From the NCBI GenBank assembly GCA_028023455.1, contig JAQFVV010000008.1, forward strand, positions 16,740,001-16,804,000: a stretch of DNA of 64,000 nt, given 5' to 3'. Both the position numbers and the translations under genes were made by a program. Positions 1 through 12,978 of this stretch are shown in pieces (position 1 is the stretch's first letter; the number at the start of each line of letters is the position of its first letter). Below the pieces are notes generated by a model that saw only the letters and a list, made by a program, of their open reading frames with translations, made no database searches and was not told the DNA's origin. This DNA comes from Epiperipatus broadwayi (taxonomy: Eukaryota; Animalia; Onychophora).

Positions 1-1589
1 AATTTAGATATCATTATATTTTTAAAATTATTCATTTCTCCTAATCCAAATCAAAAACAATCTTATTAAATGGATTTTTATTTTTATTAGTATTTTGTCT
101 ATAACACAGTAAATATAGTAGATTATTCTAATTTTATCTGTATTACAAATCTCAGAAAACTTTGCACTTTCAAAATTCTTAAATATTTTATTTTTAGAAT
201 TATCATTATCCAAGTTCAACTGTTATAGATTTTTATCAATAGCTTCACTACAGTTACGACTTTTATTAAGTCATGTTTTCTCTTTCAAAATTCTCAAGTA
301 TTTTAATATTTGAATTATTATCATTGAAATTATTACAGATTATATAATTAAATAATTACTATTTAGTATTTTATAATCATTATCTTTTAACAATAAACAG
401 TTTAAATGATTAATAGCATTGCAATTATAATATTTTAAATATCTATGGTAGTTCAGAATTAATTGATTACAAGTATTACATAAAAAGTAATCCACTGTTG
501 TTTCATTCTATATAAAAATAATTGAACTTCATTAAACTGATTCTCATATTGTAACTTGAACTCTATTTTTATATCCTTTACATTATCATTTAGACAACAG
601 AACAAAAAACACCTTTGTCAGCATTTAAAAATATATTCTTATCATTTCAATTTTCAAGATTTTAAGGCAATTATAGCAATGTGAGTCCCCTTATATTTTT
701 ATAACAATCACAAAATTAAATTATTGATCAAATATACAAAGACTGTTTTTAGTATTAGCTCCATAGTATCTCCAGAATATATTAATCCATTGTAATTTAA
801 AATTTTTGATCAATTCAAATACAACTTCCACATAGTATATATGTCCAGTAATAGTTTAGGTGCTTTGTTTTATTCCTGCTATGATGTATTACTCTGCTGA
901 CATTTGTGTCTGGTAATATTTATTCAAAGTTTCCATTTACGATGTCATAGCAAACAAGAATCCTGGCATGACTATTCTACATCAAATAAACTGACCCTTT
1001 CCATTTTAGAAGATATTAAACAGTTCAGTCCGCCACAGTGACTTTTTTACCCCCCCCCCCCCCAATATAATATATCTCTCACATCATTTGTAAGTAATAC
1101 AATTTTATAGTTAAAAATATACATTTACAGCTAAAACTTTATATATTTGTGGGGGGGGGGGGTCTAAAATTTTATATATGTTTTTTTTTTAAAAATAAAT
1201 AAATTAAAATATAACATTAAACTTACAACTAAAACTTTGTTACAGCTCACCATTTTAAAAATGCTTCAGGGTTCTTTTTCATATTTCTTCTTTTTCCATA
1301 ATAAATATATATCTCCACCATTGGAAAGTTTTTTTTTTTTTAATTTGAAGTTTGGTATGACACATGTTGGGTACTTATGATAGCACAAAGTACTGCTTTA
1401 TGCCAGGAGGGGGGAGAATGGCTTTACATGAAGTGTCATAATAAAAATTCACAAAAAGTACCATATTAAAAAGTCACTACTACTTGTTTTTATTTAGTAT
1501 TGTAATGTGTTTTTTTCTTTTTTTTATACTGAAGATATCTATTTTCTTTTTTTTTTAAATTTGAATTTTCATACTACATTTATGACATA

Positions 1590-1742
1590 TTACTCCTGGT
1601 GACGTATAAGTTCGCGATATCTTTAAAATAATGCCTCCATGGGATCTGCAGACACATTTGATCAATTAAGTTTGTCCACACATTCCTTGGAGGTGTTATT
1701 TTAAACATATCCCCAACTTAGAATAATACATCACCGGAGTAA
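1590..1742. mobile_element. Small MITE-like element (Tc1/mariner-type, TA target duplication)
   Basis: Terminal inverted repeats TTACTCCTGGTGACGTAT (from 1590) and ATACATCACCGGAGTAA (to 1742), flanked by TA at 1588-1589 and 1743-1744; no ORF. Confidence 0.5.
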
Positions 1743-2096
1743 TACGTTATAACAGGAATAATATCAAAGTACCATATTTTAATTTTATATTTCCAATTTG
1801 CTTAGGTTTATTACAAAATAAACTCTATTTAGGAGTATATATTTCTTTGAGAAGAACAAATATACATAAAGTAGATGTGTCAGCCATATTTTGAATTAAA
1901 AATTCAATATAGGATTTATGTTTAAACAATTCCAAGATGTTCAAGTAGCTGATCATGTAATAGATCTTATACATTGATCAAAATTGATTTGTTTACTCTT
2001 TTCAAAGCTTTACTTTTTCTTTGAGGGTTTTTTTAATATTAAAAATCTTATTTTTAAAAAAAAATCCACAAAACTATTATTTTGCAATTTATCTAA

Positions 2097-2223
2097 ATAT
2101 GCATCTTTTTTTTTTTCATGTGTCAAAGCATTGGCCGGGAAGCGAACCCGCAAACCTGGGACAACTGCTTTTAAGGCAGCTGTGCTGACCACTCGACCAC
2201 CAACAATTGACATATATGCATCT
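2097..2223 (-). pseudogene. Retroposed tRNA-Gly(TCC)-derived copy (SINE-like) with anticodon TAA, poly(A) tail and 10-bp TSD
   Basis: Minus strand 2206-2128 reads TTGTTGGTGGTCGAGTGGTCAGCACAGCTGC-CTTAAAA-GCAGTTGTCCCAGGTTTGCGGGTTCGCTTCCCGGCCAATGC, colinear with metazoan tRNA-Gly(TCC) and with A- and B-box-like motifs. An A11 tail lies at 2116-2106; direct repeat ATATGCATCT at 2097-2106 and 2214-2223. Confidence 0.75.
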
Positions 2224-3540
2224 ATTTTACATATCATCTATGTTCATTTCTTTATGCCATTAATGTCAATATTTACTTTATCACATATATTTTTAAATTT
2301 CATTATTTTGTCATAACATTAATATTTTCTCAATTTCTTTTTAATTTTGTTTGTAAATGTTTAATTTCTTTATTACTTTTGACATATACTTTGAAAGAAG
2401 GATATTATCAAGGTCATCTGATCTAACAGTTTGAAGAATGATCAAAGATAAAGTTTACAACTCCACAACAGAATAGTAATAATAAATTTGTGCTTGAAAA
2501 TATTGTTAATATAACAATTATTCTGTATTTTGCATAATTATTATGTAAATACAACTAATTAAACCATTTTTAAAAAGAAATTATTTTAAGCAATCCTTGA
2601 GATTCTATTGACAGATGCTGCTAATTATGGCACTGCCAGAAATGTCAGATTCGATGAATTTCAACAAGTACAACTGAGATTCATTTGCTTTTATCAATGC
2701 ACTTAACTAATACCATTGGAGCTGCTTACTGCTGCAGCATCAGTGGTTATTTGAGCATGGTATGTTTATCTATTTTAATTTTTCTTTAGAGCAAATAAAT
2801 TTTTGTTTTACTTTTTGGAAGCGATACTATACTAAAGCATCCCTACTTAAAAATTTCATGGGCTGCCACTGCATTTATTATGAAAATGTGGACATGGTAA
2901 ACATTATGAAAGTCTCTTCCTCAGATTAAATTGCAGGGACTTAAAATGATTGTTGAGTAAGAACATTGTAATAATTATGGAAAAAGAATATACATATATA
3001 TGCAAGAAATTTTTCTTAGTAATATTATTCTATGTAACTATTATTGTAATGGTCAATAAGTATGTATGTCCTTATGTTTGTAGATTTTCCTTTATGCTAA
3101 TGTAAGTTTCAAACAATCCTACATTTAAAAAACTAATTTCTACGTATACTACTAGTAAATGCATGTAAAATTTGTATGCAGTTAATAAACTATGCACTTT
3201 GCTATATGCTCAGTCCCATATATGTATTTATATATAATTTATTCTCAACTTACTGACTTTTGATATACTATATCCAACTCTTGAAGCTGTTGAAATGTTC
3301 AATTCAATCATTTCAATGTACGTAAGTGAAGTACATACATAAATACATAATTGACTAGTTCAGTAAATATTACTTTTTTCCAGTCTAGTTTTTACATATC
3401 CTACTATCTAGATAGTATTTCATCCTTTATTTATACTTTAGTTAATAATTTTATATTATACAGCCACCATTAATATATAAATATGCTAAGAACTTTTTAG
3501 TTATATATTTTTTTTTTTACTAATTTTTTTTTTTTTTTAG

Positions 3541-5810
3541 GATGTTTTGGTGTTCCGAAGCATGTTGCTGCATATTGCTTAGTTATAGCTATAAATACTT
3601 TCACTAGTGATCCTGTATTCAGTCTGAAGGATATAAGAATTGTTGATTGTGATTCTAAAACTATTTCTAACATCATTAAAGCATTTAATAAGTTTAAAAG
3701 AGAATGTAAACTCTTGAAAGGCAAACAACAACCATTAATGTTTAACTCAGACAGAAGTAATATTTCAATAGGAACAATGGGAGTCATATCAAAAATGAAA
3801 GATAGAAAGTCTAAAGATAAAAAATTAAACCAAAATAGTTCATTATTGTCTCATCAGATCTCAGTAGAAACTTATCAGAACAATCCAAACATAAAGGAAT
3901 CAAAAAATATAGAAATGGGAAAAAATATTAAAAAAGACACTCCATTTCAGAAAAAGTCAAATTTACAACATCAAAAGTATAAATCTGAGGGAAAGAATGA
4001 AGATCATGGAAATTCAGTTAATAAAATTGATAGTAATCTACAGAATGGTTCTTTTTCTGCAGACATATTTAACAAATCTAAAATAAGTCAAAATAAAGAA
4101 AACTTGGCTTTACTAGATAATAATCATAATAATTCTAAAGAATCAGAAAGAGAAAAAAGCATATTATGTGAAAAAGAAAAAGAGGCTGCAATTGATGAAA
4201 AAACAAATGATGATTGGCTGATTGTGACTAAAGATGACGTATACGATCCTAAAAAGAATATCTTGCTTGAAAGTATGGGAAAGGATACAAAATTAGATAC
4301 TACTACTATCTTGCATAATGAAAACAAATCTTCTGAATTTCAAAATTTTGACTTAACTTCTCAAAATGAAAAAACAAATCATGAAGAAGATAATGATCTT
4401 ATAACATTTGTAAATGATGAAAATGTGACTACAAATGCATTATTAAGCTTGAAAAATAATAATAATTGGAATTCTTCAATAGTCTTATCTGAAAACGCTG
4501 ATGCTAATTTGGAAAATACTACGATTACTAAGGAAGATATGACTATTATTAATCAATCAGCTCTGTCAGATCTTAAAAATGATGATAAAAGACAAGAATT
4601 TAAATGTGAAGAATCGGTAGAAAAAATTCTCCATGAAAATAGTTTTTATCCAACTGTTTCTGAGTCATCTTTGATTGATCATATTTATCATGAATCTTTT
4701 ACTGAAATAAATGATAATGATAAATCGCATGATGTATTTACAACTGAAGCTCAGAATATGGAAACGAAAGGCAAAAATGATGTTGACAGTATTCTAACAA
4801 ATTTTAGTAATTTGAGTATTAATAAGAAAGAAATGAATATGGAAAAACCTACTGATGTAATTAGTAACAAAGAAGAAGATCATGATAAGATAGTGTTTAT
4901 TAATGTGACTATTAATAAGGAAGAAGATAAAATAAAACATATTAATAAAAATATTAGTAAAGAAGAAATAGGTAATATAAAACCTCCTAATTTGACTATT
5001 ATTAAGGAAGAAGAAAATAAGTTAAAACATACTGACTTGAGTATTAATAAAGAAGAAGGTAAAGTCAAGTCTGCTGATTCGAATATTAATAAGGAACAAG
5101 TAGATAAAATAAAATTTACTAGTTTGATTGTTAATAAAGAAGGAGAGTCTACTAATTTTAATATTTACAAAAAAGAAAAAGATAAAATTAATCCTACTAA
5201 TTTGAATCTCAATAAGAAACAAGTGGATAAAATAAACCCTGCTAATTTAATTATTAATAAAGAAGAAATAGCTGTGATAAAACCTACTGATTTGAATATT
5301 AATAAAGAAGTTATAATAGAACCTGATTTGAATATTAATAATGGAGAAAGCATGGTAATACCTACTGATTTGAATATTAATAATGGAAAAGTCATAGTAA
5401 TACCTACTCATTTGAATATTAATAAGGAAGAAGTTATGATAAAACCTACTGATTTGAATATTAGTAAGGAAGAAGTTACGTTAAAACCTACTGATTTGAA
5501 TATTAATAAAAGAGAAAATATGGTAAAACCTACTGATTTTAATATTAGTAAGGAAGAAGTTATGGTAAAACCTACTGATTTGAATATTAATAAAAGAGAA
5601 AGTATGGTAAAATCTACTCATTTGAATATTAATAAAGAAGTTGTGGTAAAACTTGCTGATGTGAATATTAATAAGGAAGAAGTTATGATGAAACCTATTA
5701 ATTTGAATATCAATAAAGAAGATATTATGATAAAACCTACTGATTTGAATATTAATAAGGAAGAAGTAAAGAACATTTTCTCTGATTCTGCAAATCAGAT
5801 GTCAGAATAA
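3541..5810 (+). CDS. Terminal coding exon: C-terminal half of a macrodomain (PARP9/14-like Macro) plus long K/E/N-rich repetitive tail
   Basis: Poly-T tract and AG acceptor end at 3540. The frame is open from 3543 to TAA 5808-5810. The N-terminal peptide (G)CFGVPKHVAAYCLVIAINTF...SLKDIRIVDCDSKTISNIIKAF fits the macrodomain GxFGxP-helix-'LKEIxxVD'-helix segment. AATAAA at 6105-6110. Upstream exons were not identified in the window. Confidence 0.7.
4800..5770 (+). repeat. In-frame coding minisatellite, ~42-bp unit (consensus KPTDLNINKEEVMI), about 23 copies
   Basis: Repeated AAACCTACTGATTTGAATATTAATAAGGAAGAAGTT; units of 12-16 aa, all length changes in multiples of 3. Confidence 0.9.
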
Positions 5811-8559
5811 AAGTACATTAAAGAGTTACTTGACAAACTAGATCACAGTTTATGTGTAATGAAAATAAGTCACAAAGAAGATGCAGAAATAAAATCTGAT
5901 AATGAAGCAAAAGTTAAAAATTACAAAAAAACTCAGTGATATAAAATTTAAAAAAGAAACAGAAATTTGGGAAGCTGAAAAAGAAAAATTTTAAGTGTTT
6001 GCTTAATGATCAGTGATCAGAAAATAATTTCAAATTATGAATTTTGTACTCAATTTTCTTCTTCTAAAGTATTGTATTTTAATCAAGTATCCATATGTAT
6101 AGATAATAAATATTAATAACTGTTGATTTAAAAACATTTGAACAGTAGTTAATATTTTTAATGTTCACAGAAACTTCCAATGTTCAAAGAAAAAATGAGC
6201 TAACCTTCAATTACATATCCATACATCTATCATTTAATCTTATTACTAATTGCTCTATATGTATAGTATATGCAATATGTTGCACAAATACTTTTGACTT
6301 TTAAAAGTGAAAATCATTTTATTATTTAATTTCATAAATAATTAAAGTTTGATCTTTGTTCGAAATATTTCATTTAGTGCAGTATTAAAAAGTTGAATTA
6401 ATAAGTGAATTCAGTAATTTTGCAATATAATAAAAAATTTGATCATTATCAGTTAAATGTATACATTAAATTAGCAACTCACTGAACATGCAATTAATGA
6501 GATAAATTACTCTCCCATCAACCTATCAACACATAACACTGTTAACAAAGAGTCAAGAATAGAATGAATCCACCTATTCTTTGAGCTTTTGCTGTTTATA
6601 AGCTTTTCATCTGCCTGATATATCAGCTAAATACCTAAATTATATTATTTTGGTTTAAATTAAATACAACTCAATTTAAAATAATTACATCAATAACTTC
6701 CATGTATTAATAACCTAAAAAAACAACTGACATTTGATTTTTTAAACTATTATTATAACAGTATCTGAAAACAAATTAAAAAATAACACCTGTTCAATTT
6801 TATGGAGATTTGGCACTATTACATAAATGTACATATTTATATTAAATAAAATCAGATTTAATTTTGATGGAAGAATGTGTGACAATTTTAGTGCATATTA
6901 TAAATATCTAAATCACTATATTATTTAAAGTATATGTAAGTGAATGGAATAATTACAATCTCAAAACCAGTAGCTGATTTTTATAATCTATTCCAAAGCT
7001 CAACTTAAAATGTGAATTGATTTATAAATATATTCTGATATTTTACTAAATAATTGTTGTAAGAATTATTAAATGTGTCATTTTTGAGTACTGAATCACA
7101 AGGACATAATTGTATAGTCTGGATCTAGATTTCTTACCACATATTAAGAAATTATTAAAAAAAAAACATAAATGAATTCTGAGCATAAATTTATAGATTT
7201 TCATAATGCCATTGACATAATAACAATTGTCATTTTAAAAATGTTATTTTTTAAAAATGCTGTTCATATGATAATATTTTGAAACAAAATATATTATCTA
7301 AGAACAAAAACAATTTCATATGAAGTTTAAAACAATTCCATTTTAAAAACTGAAAGCATTCTTAACAGAGAATACAGTTCTACAAATATTCTTCACATAT
7401 GGTGAAGAATTGCTACAATTGTATCTTTTATAAATTCAGTTGTGGAACATAGTTGATAAATTCAAAATTTATATCCATGAAATACTTTGTACAATGAAGA
7501 ATCAAACTGAAAACCTCATGCTTTTATTGAGCCAATTTTTATTTTTAAATATATTAACTGCCAATTCTTATATGCCATTCTTTTATTTCATATAAATGTT
7601 ATAATTTTATATTTAATCTTATTGAGACTGTTATTCATCGTTAGTTTGTTAAATCTTTTCTACATATTTTATGAACTAAAGCTGATTAATAGATTTTATA
7701 ATAACTGCTAAGGCAGGAAGTGATATTTTCTGGTTATAATAAAATCAGAATATATTTTATTTATTGTCACTGCCATTAAATCATTTTTTTAACAACAGCA
7801 CACACCTCCTTTTTTTTTTCTTTTAAATATATATGACTTATAAAATATAATGTTCTTTTTCACTAAATCCAATCAAAAACATATACACTCCTTTTTTTAA
7901 TTTCCAAAAATTTTATTTTTTCATCACCATATATATATATTTACTTGTTTAAACATTCAATGTTTCAAACACTTTATTTGTAGTCATTTTCAAGAATCTA
8001 CAAAATACATATTTACATTTTTATAATTATCAATACAATTAAAAATAAAATATAAAAATGCATCTATCTTTATCATAAAAAACAATAACATTTCCCTTTT
8101 ATTTATCAATACATCTTTTTTTTACATATACTACATTATATATACACTACAATTATTTATTTACTTCCCAAACTTTTTCATTTTTTTACATATACATCTC
8201 TTTTTTTTAAAAAAACCACAAATATTTTTTCCTTTCTTTTTATACCTATTAAGTAATTATTTTAAAACAATACCTTTATTCTCAAATTTATTATTTACTT
8301 AAAACATATCATTTACATGTACACATGAGTTATGTATCTTTTTTATAAATGAGAGATAGATACTACATATTTATCTCGTAGTAGAAAATTATATTGTAAA
8401 CTGTTCGATTAAGGAAAATCAAAAGATTAACAAGCAAGAGACATCACTGCCGATGTATATTGGATAATGGTTAAAATGATATAAGAAAGATGAAGATATA
8501 TATTTATTGTTTATTATAACAAAGAGTTTTGATTTAATTGAGCATGATAAATTGTAAAA

Positions 8560-8840
8560 TGTTACTTATGGATGGCTGAAAAGTTGGAGGTTGGAGTAGA
8601 TTGAAGCCTGTCCATTAAAGTGTGAAGATTTGCTATCTTAATATAAACTGATCACTGATTATATATATGTGTGTGGGAAAAGATAATCCGGACCAACTGA
8701 TGAGTGCTGTATTAGCATGAAATACGATTATTGGTGATTATTTCTTTTCTACATGTGTGTTGTCATGTATATCAGTTGTATGAGATAGTGTGGATAGTTG
8801 ATGGGTGCTTGAAAGTCTGAGTTCAAATCCCCTATATTTA
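8560..8840 (+). mobile_element. Diverged 5'-truncated copy of hammerhead repeat family 1
   Basis: Colinear with 13325-13600 (GATTGAAGCCTGTCCATTAAA...CTATCTTAATAT...CCCTATATT). Confidence 0.75.
8692..8735 (+). ncRNA. Minimal type I hammerhead ribozyme motif (family 1, helix III degraded)
   Basis: ACCAA CTGATGA GTGCT gtatt AGCAT GAAA tacgatt A TTGGT; stems I and II pair, helix III palindrome is disrupted. Confidence 0.6.
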
Positions 8841-8879
8841 GAGAAATAAATGTAACAGAATCATCTTCATTTTCAACCA

Positions 8880-10890
8880 TTATTGATTCATTGCAATTAT
8901 GGTTTACAAGTTTAATCCAGTTTTTCTAATTTCTAGCTTCCTTTCTCCACAGCACATCAGCAAACCTCCTTATTTCATCCATCCTTCTCATATATGGTCT
9001 CTTTCTAGATCTTTTACAATTTCTTGGGATCACTTAAAAACTTCAAATGTCCATTTATTATTATTATCTCTTCTAGCAATATGTCTAGCCCAGCTCCATT
9101 TCAGTCTCTTTGTTCTTTCAATGATGTCAATGATAGTTGTTTATTTTCTTATCCATGTATTTAGTCTTTGATTTCTTTTTGTTACCCTTAACGTATATCT
9201 CTTCATATTTTAGTGAGTAACCCTGACTTCTCCATAATGCTCTTCAGTGCGTCCAAATTTTAGATTCATAAGTAAGAACCAATAAAACATACTTATTTTA
9301 AAAACTTTCCTTTTCAAACACATAGGCATGTTTTTTTTTAATATTAAATTATTTCTACCAAAAGCACTCCATCCAAGATTAATTTCATCCATTAAGTTTT
9401 CATCTATATCAGTGATCTGATCAACTACTGTAGTTGTTAACTTTTTCTAATTAATTATTATCACCCTTTATTTTATTTTTCTGAAAAGTTCCATTTAATA
9501 GTAATCTTTTTAATATTTGTCTGTAGTTCTACTTTCATCTAATAATTATTGCAACATTTCTTGAAGCTCTAAAGCATTATTTGTAAAAACAACCACATCA
9601 TCTGCAAAACCTAGATAACTTAAATAATCTCCAATTACTTTTATTCCCTTAGCTTCCCATTTCAATCCATAAAATATTTCTTTAAAAAGAGCAGTAAAAC
9701 ATTTTGGAAATATAAAATCATTCTTTCATACACTCTTCTTCAATGTTAATCTTAGTATCACCTTGTAATTTAATCATGGCTATTGCATTTTGATAAATAT
9801 TCTTCAGAATAATATAATATACTGGGTCTATATCTTGATGATACAATGCTTTAATCATTGAAGAAATGGTTATAGAATCATATTTTTTTTACATTCTATA
9901 ATTTTGAAGTATAAAGGTAACTCATATTCATTGGTTCTTCCTATAACTTCTCTCAATATTTGAATGTGATCCACTGTGCTAAGACCACTTTTAAATCCTG
10001 CTTAAAATCCAAAATTCACTGTTGGCAAGCTGTAATTATCATGGTTAAGAATTGATAAAAGACTGGTTGGTGTATCTTTTTTTTTTAATATCAAAATTAC
10101 TTTTGCATTCTTCCAATCCTCTGGTACATCTTTATCATTTAGACATTCAATAATTATCTTTGCCAACAATTTTTTTTCTTCATCTGCTTTTAAATTATCC
10201 ATTAAAATTCCATCATTACTGAGAGCTTTTTTATAGATTTAATTGCATATCTCACTTATTCATTTAAAATACTGGTCAAATTGTAGGGAATACTTTGGTT
10301 TCTTGTTTTTTATTGCTATATAATTTTTCATAGAATTCTTTCACACCCTTCATGATATCATTTTTTGTTTAGTAATAGTTCCATCTGTTCTTTTTATTGC
10401 AGAAATAATTTTCCTCTAATATCAAGATGTTTTACACTTTTGAAACTTATTCTTTTCTGCAGTTTTCCTGGCCAATTCACAACTACATTTTTTTATACAT
10501 TACTAACTTTTTTATACCATTTTATAAAACTCTAAACATTCAATTATTAATGGATCATTTCTATATATTTTCATAATTTTTTTTTTTTCATACATTGTCT
10601 TTTGCCTCAGAAAAAAATTTACTGTATATATTGCTGCTTTCTTGTACCAGCTATCTTTATTGCAATTCTTAATAATGTATCACTTATTTTCCTATTGATT
10701 TCATACAAATCTGAACCATTTTCAAAATCTTTTGCTATTTTAAACAATTTGCAAATTCTAATTTAAATTCATTGGAATGTTTATGAAGATTAGGATTATC
10801 AATTGTTACTACTATTTTTTTTTAAATAATTTTTGTTTCTAGTTTTGCATTAACACATCCTATATCTCACTAATTGACTATTTCATCATT
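8880..10890 (-). mobile_element. RTE-clade LINE fossil (RT and 3' end)
   Basis: Minus-strand peptides VPEDWKNAKVILILKK (ORF 10002-10202), YLGFADDVV (~9600) and LKWSWARHIARRDNNNKWT (~9050-9110); many stops and frameshifts. Confidence 0.8.
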
Positions 10891-12978
10891 TTTTATAAAT
10901 AGTCCATATAGAACTAGAAACTATAACTAAAAGAAATTATGGTTGAACATTCTAATTTTATACTAGCAAAGGAGCTAGACAAGTCTGCATATTGTATACA
11001 AATTATATATTTAATATGTACTGAGTAAAACCAGATAACATAATGACAAATGTAGATTTACAATTAATGGCAGAAACACCTCAAACATTTCTTAAGAAGA
11101 TTAAAACTAGAGTATAAAAGTGAAAATACTTTTAAATATACAGAATAAAATAAAGATGATGTCAGCAGGCCAGCTATTGCTTTTAAATTGTTGATGAGGA
11201 TATAGAAGTTATTGACAATTTTTAATAACTTGGTTTATTCATCAAGTTTTGTAACAAAGTTATAATGAATTGCCTGTAAAAGATTTTTAGATACAAGAAT
11301 ATTTCTTTTCTGCATGGATATATAAATTTTATACATACACACACACACACAAAAGGAGTATTGAATGGACATCAAGAGAACTGAATAAGATTAATAATAA
11401 ATTTTCATTGACCAGTTTGGAATTGCCCTGTTTTGGCTAGAAAAATGTAACGGATAAGAATGATTAATGATATAAGAGCATAAATAGACAAAGATTGGAC
11501 TCCATTATTACAATAATGAATATGCTATTGACCAGTTTAAAAAACTAAACAATTAATAGGATTAGTCAGGAGAAATATTTATTCACATGTTGATCAAGAA
11601 TCGATATCAGTTTGACAACTGTTAGTATTTTTTATTATTAATAACAACAACAATCTGTAAAATGTTTACCGATAAGATAAAACAATATTTGAAAGAACAT
11701 TAATGTTCAGCTTGCCCAGAGGAGTTTGATGACTAGAATTAGATTTATTTATTTTTTTAATATATAAATTTTAGTATTCTTGGCAATATATAATTGATAA
11801 AAGATTATTTTATTTAGGTATGTATATTGTAATATAATCATTATAAACCAACATTTTATCATAGATTTTTGTTTCTGTAATTGTTTAAAATCTGCTTCTA
11901 TAAATTAATATATTTTTCTGTGATCATCAGTAGCAAAACATTCATAGGAAATATGGTGAATATAAGCAAAAAATAAAATAAAAATGAAGAATAAAGGATT
12001 AAAAAATAAATGACTAGAGTTAGAATTATTGTGCATGTAATTAAAAAGATACTAAATGTACAATCCAGTTGTCACAATTAATGGAGAAAAATAATTGATG
12101 ACATCAAAGGTTTGTGACAAGTAGATCTACACTAATCTAAGTGTAATGTAATCTTAGAAAAATGAGTTATTTTTTTGCTAATAAGAAATATATTTGAACA
12201 TTATATTGTAAAGATAATATAAGAAAAAAAAAATTGGTAAAAAATAAACATCATTAATTTTCTTGGAAAGTTATCTGATATTTGAATCACCATTTTAATT
12301 GATCAAACAGATTTTTTTTTTCTAACTTAACTGAGAATTGTTCCAGGAATCTTAGCATCCATTACTTTTACATCTATATTAAACCAAACAACAAATTATT
12401 TAATATCCACATTACTTACACTGAAATTAAATTCAGAATAAATTATAATGCAAATTAGTTATGCTCAATAATTGTTTATATGTTATAATTTTAAAATATA
12501 TATTCTTTTTATTTCCTTGTTTAAAGATATTTAGTTTGATGAAATCAAAATAATTCTTTTTAATCTTAAATGGAAAGACTGCAAGTCCTGATGAAGTAAG
12601 TGGAGAAGTTTGAAAATATGGGAGTGATGCATTACCTTCAGAAATATTGAATTTTTTAGGAAGATATGGACTCATGTAATTATGCTAATTAATCTTAAGG
12701 ATGTCTCCACTATTCCAATTTTTAAAATGAAGGAAATAGTTAAAATTGTGATTATTATTTTGGAATATCACATTATTCATTGCAGCAAAGATACTTTCAA
12801 GAATTTTTGTTGAATGTATTGCCTCCAGTCATAGATGAATGGTTCCCAGAGATTCAATGTGGTTGTAGAGAGTCAAAAAGCACAATAGACAAGATTTTTG
12901 CTGCCAGGAAAATATCAGAAGCAAAACATATATATCTGAGCACTTATACTGTATATGTGTGTAAAGATGATAGTCTGG

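Noticed and set aside
2600-2960. Possible upstream macrodomain exon or hAT fragment (HCIYYEN)
   Set aside because: No macrodomain motif in any frame examined; the hAT-like words are short and in the wrong order.
3497-5395. Minus-strand ORFs overlapping the long exon
   Set aside because: Antisense shadows of the A-rich coding strand and its repeats.
4800-5770. CRISPR-like array
   Set aside because: Contiguous degenerate coding repeats with no unique spacers, eukaryotic context, no cas genes.
12588-12594. CTGATGA as a hammerhead core
   Set aside because: It lies in RTE coding remnant (SPDE); no stem II or helix III can be formed.
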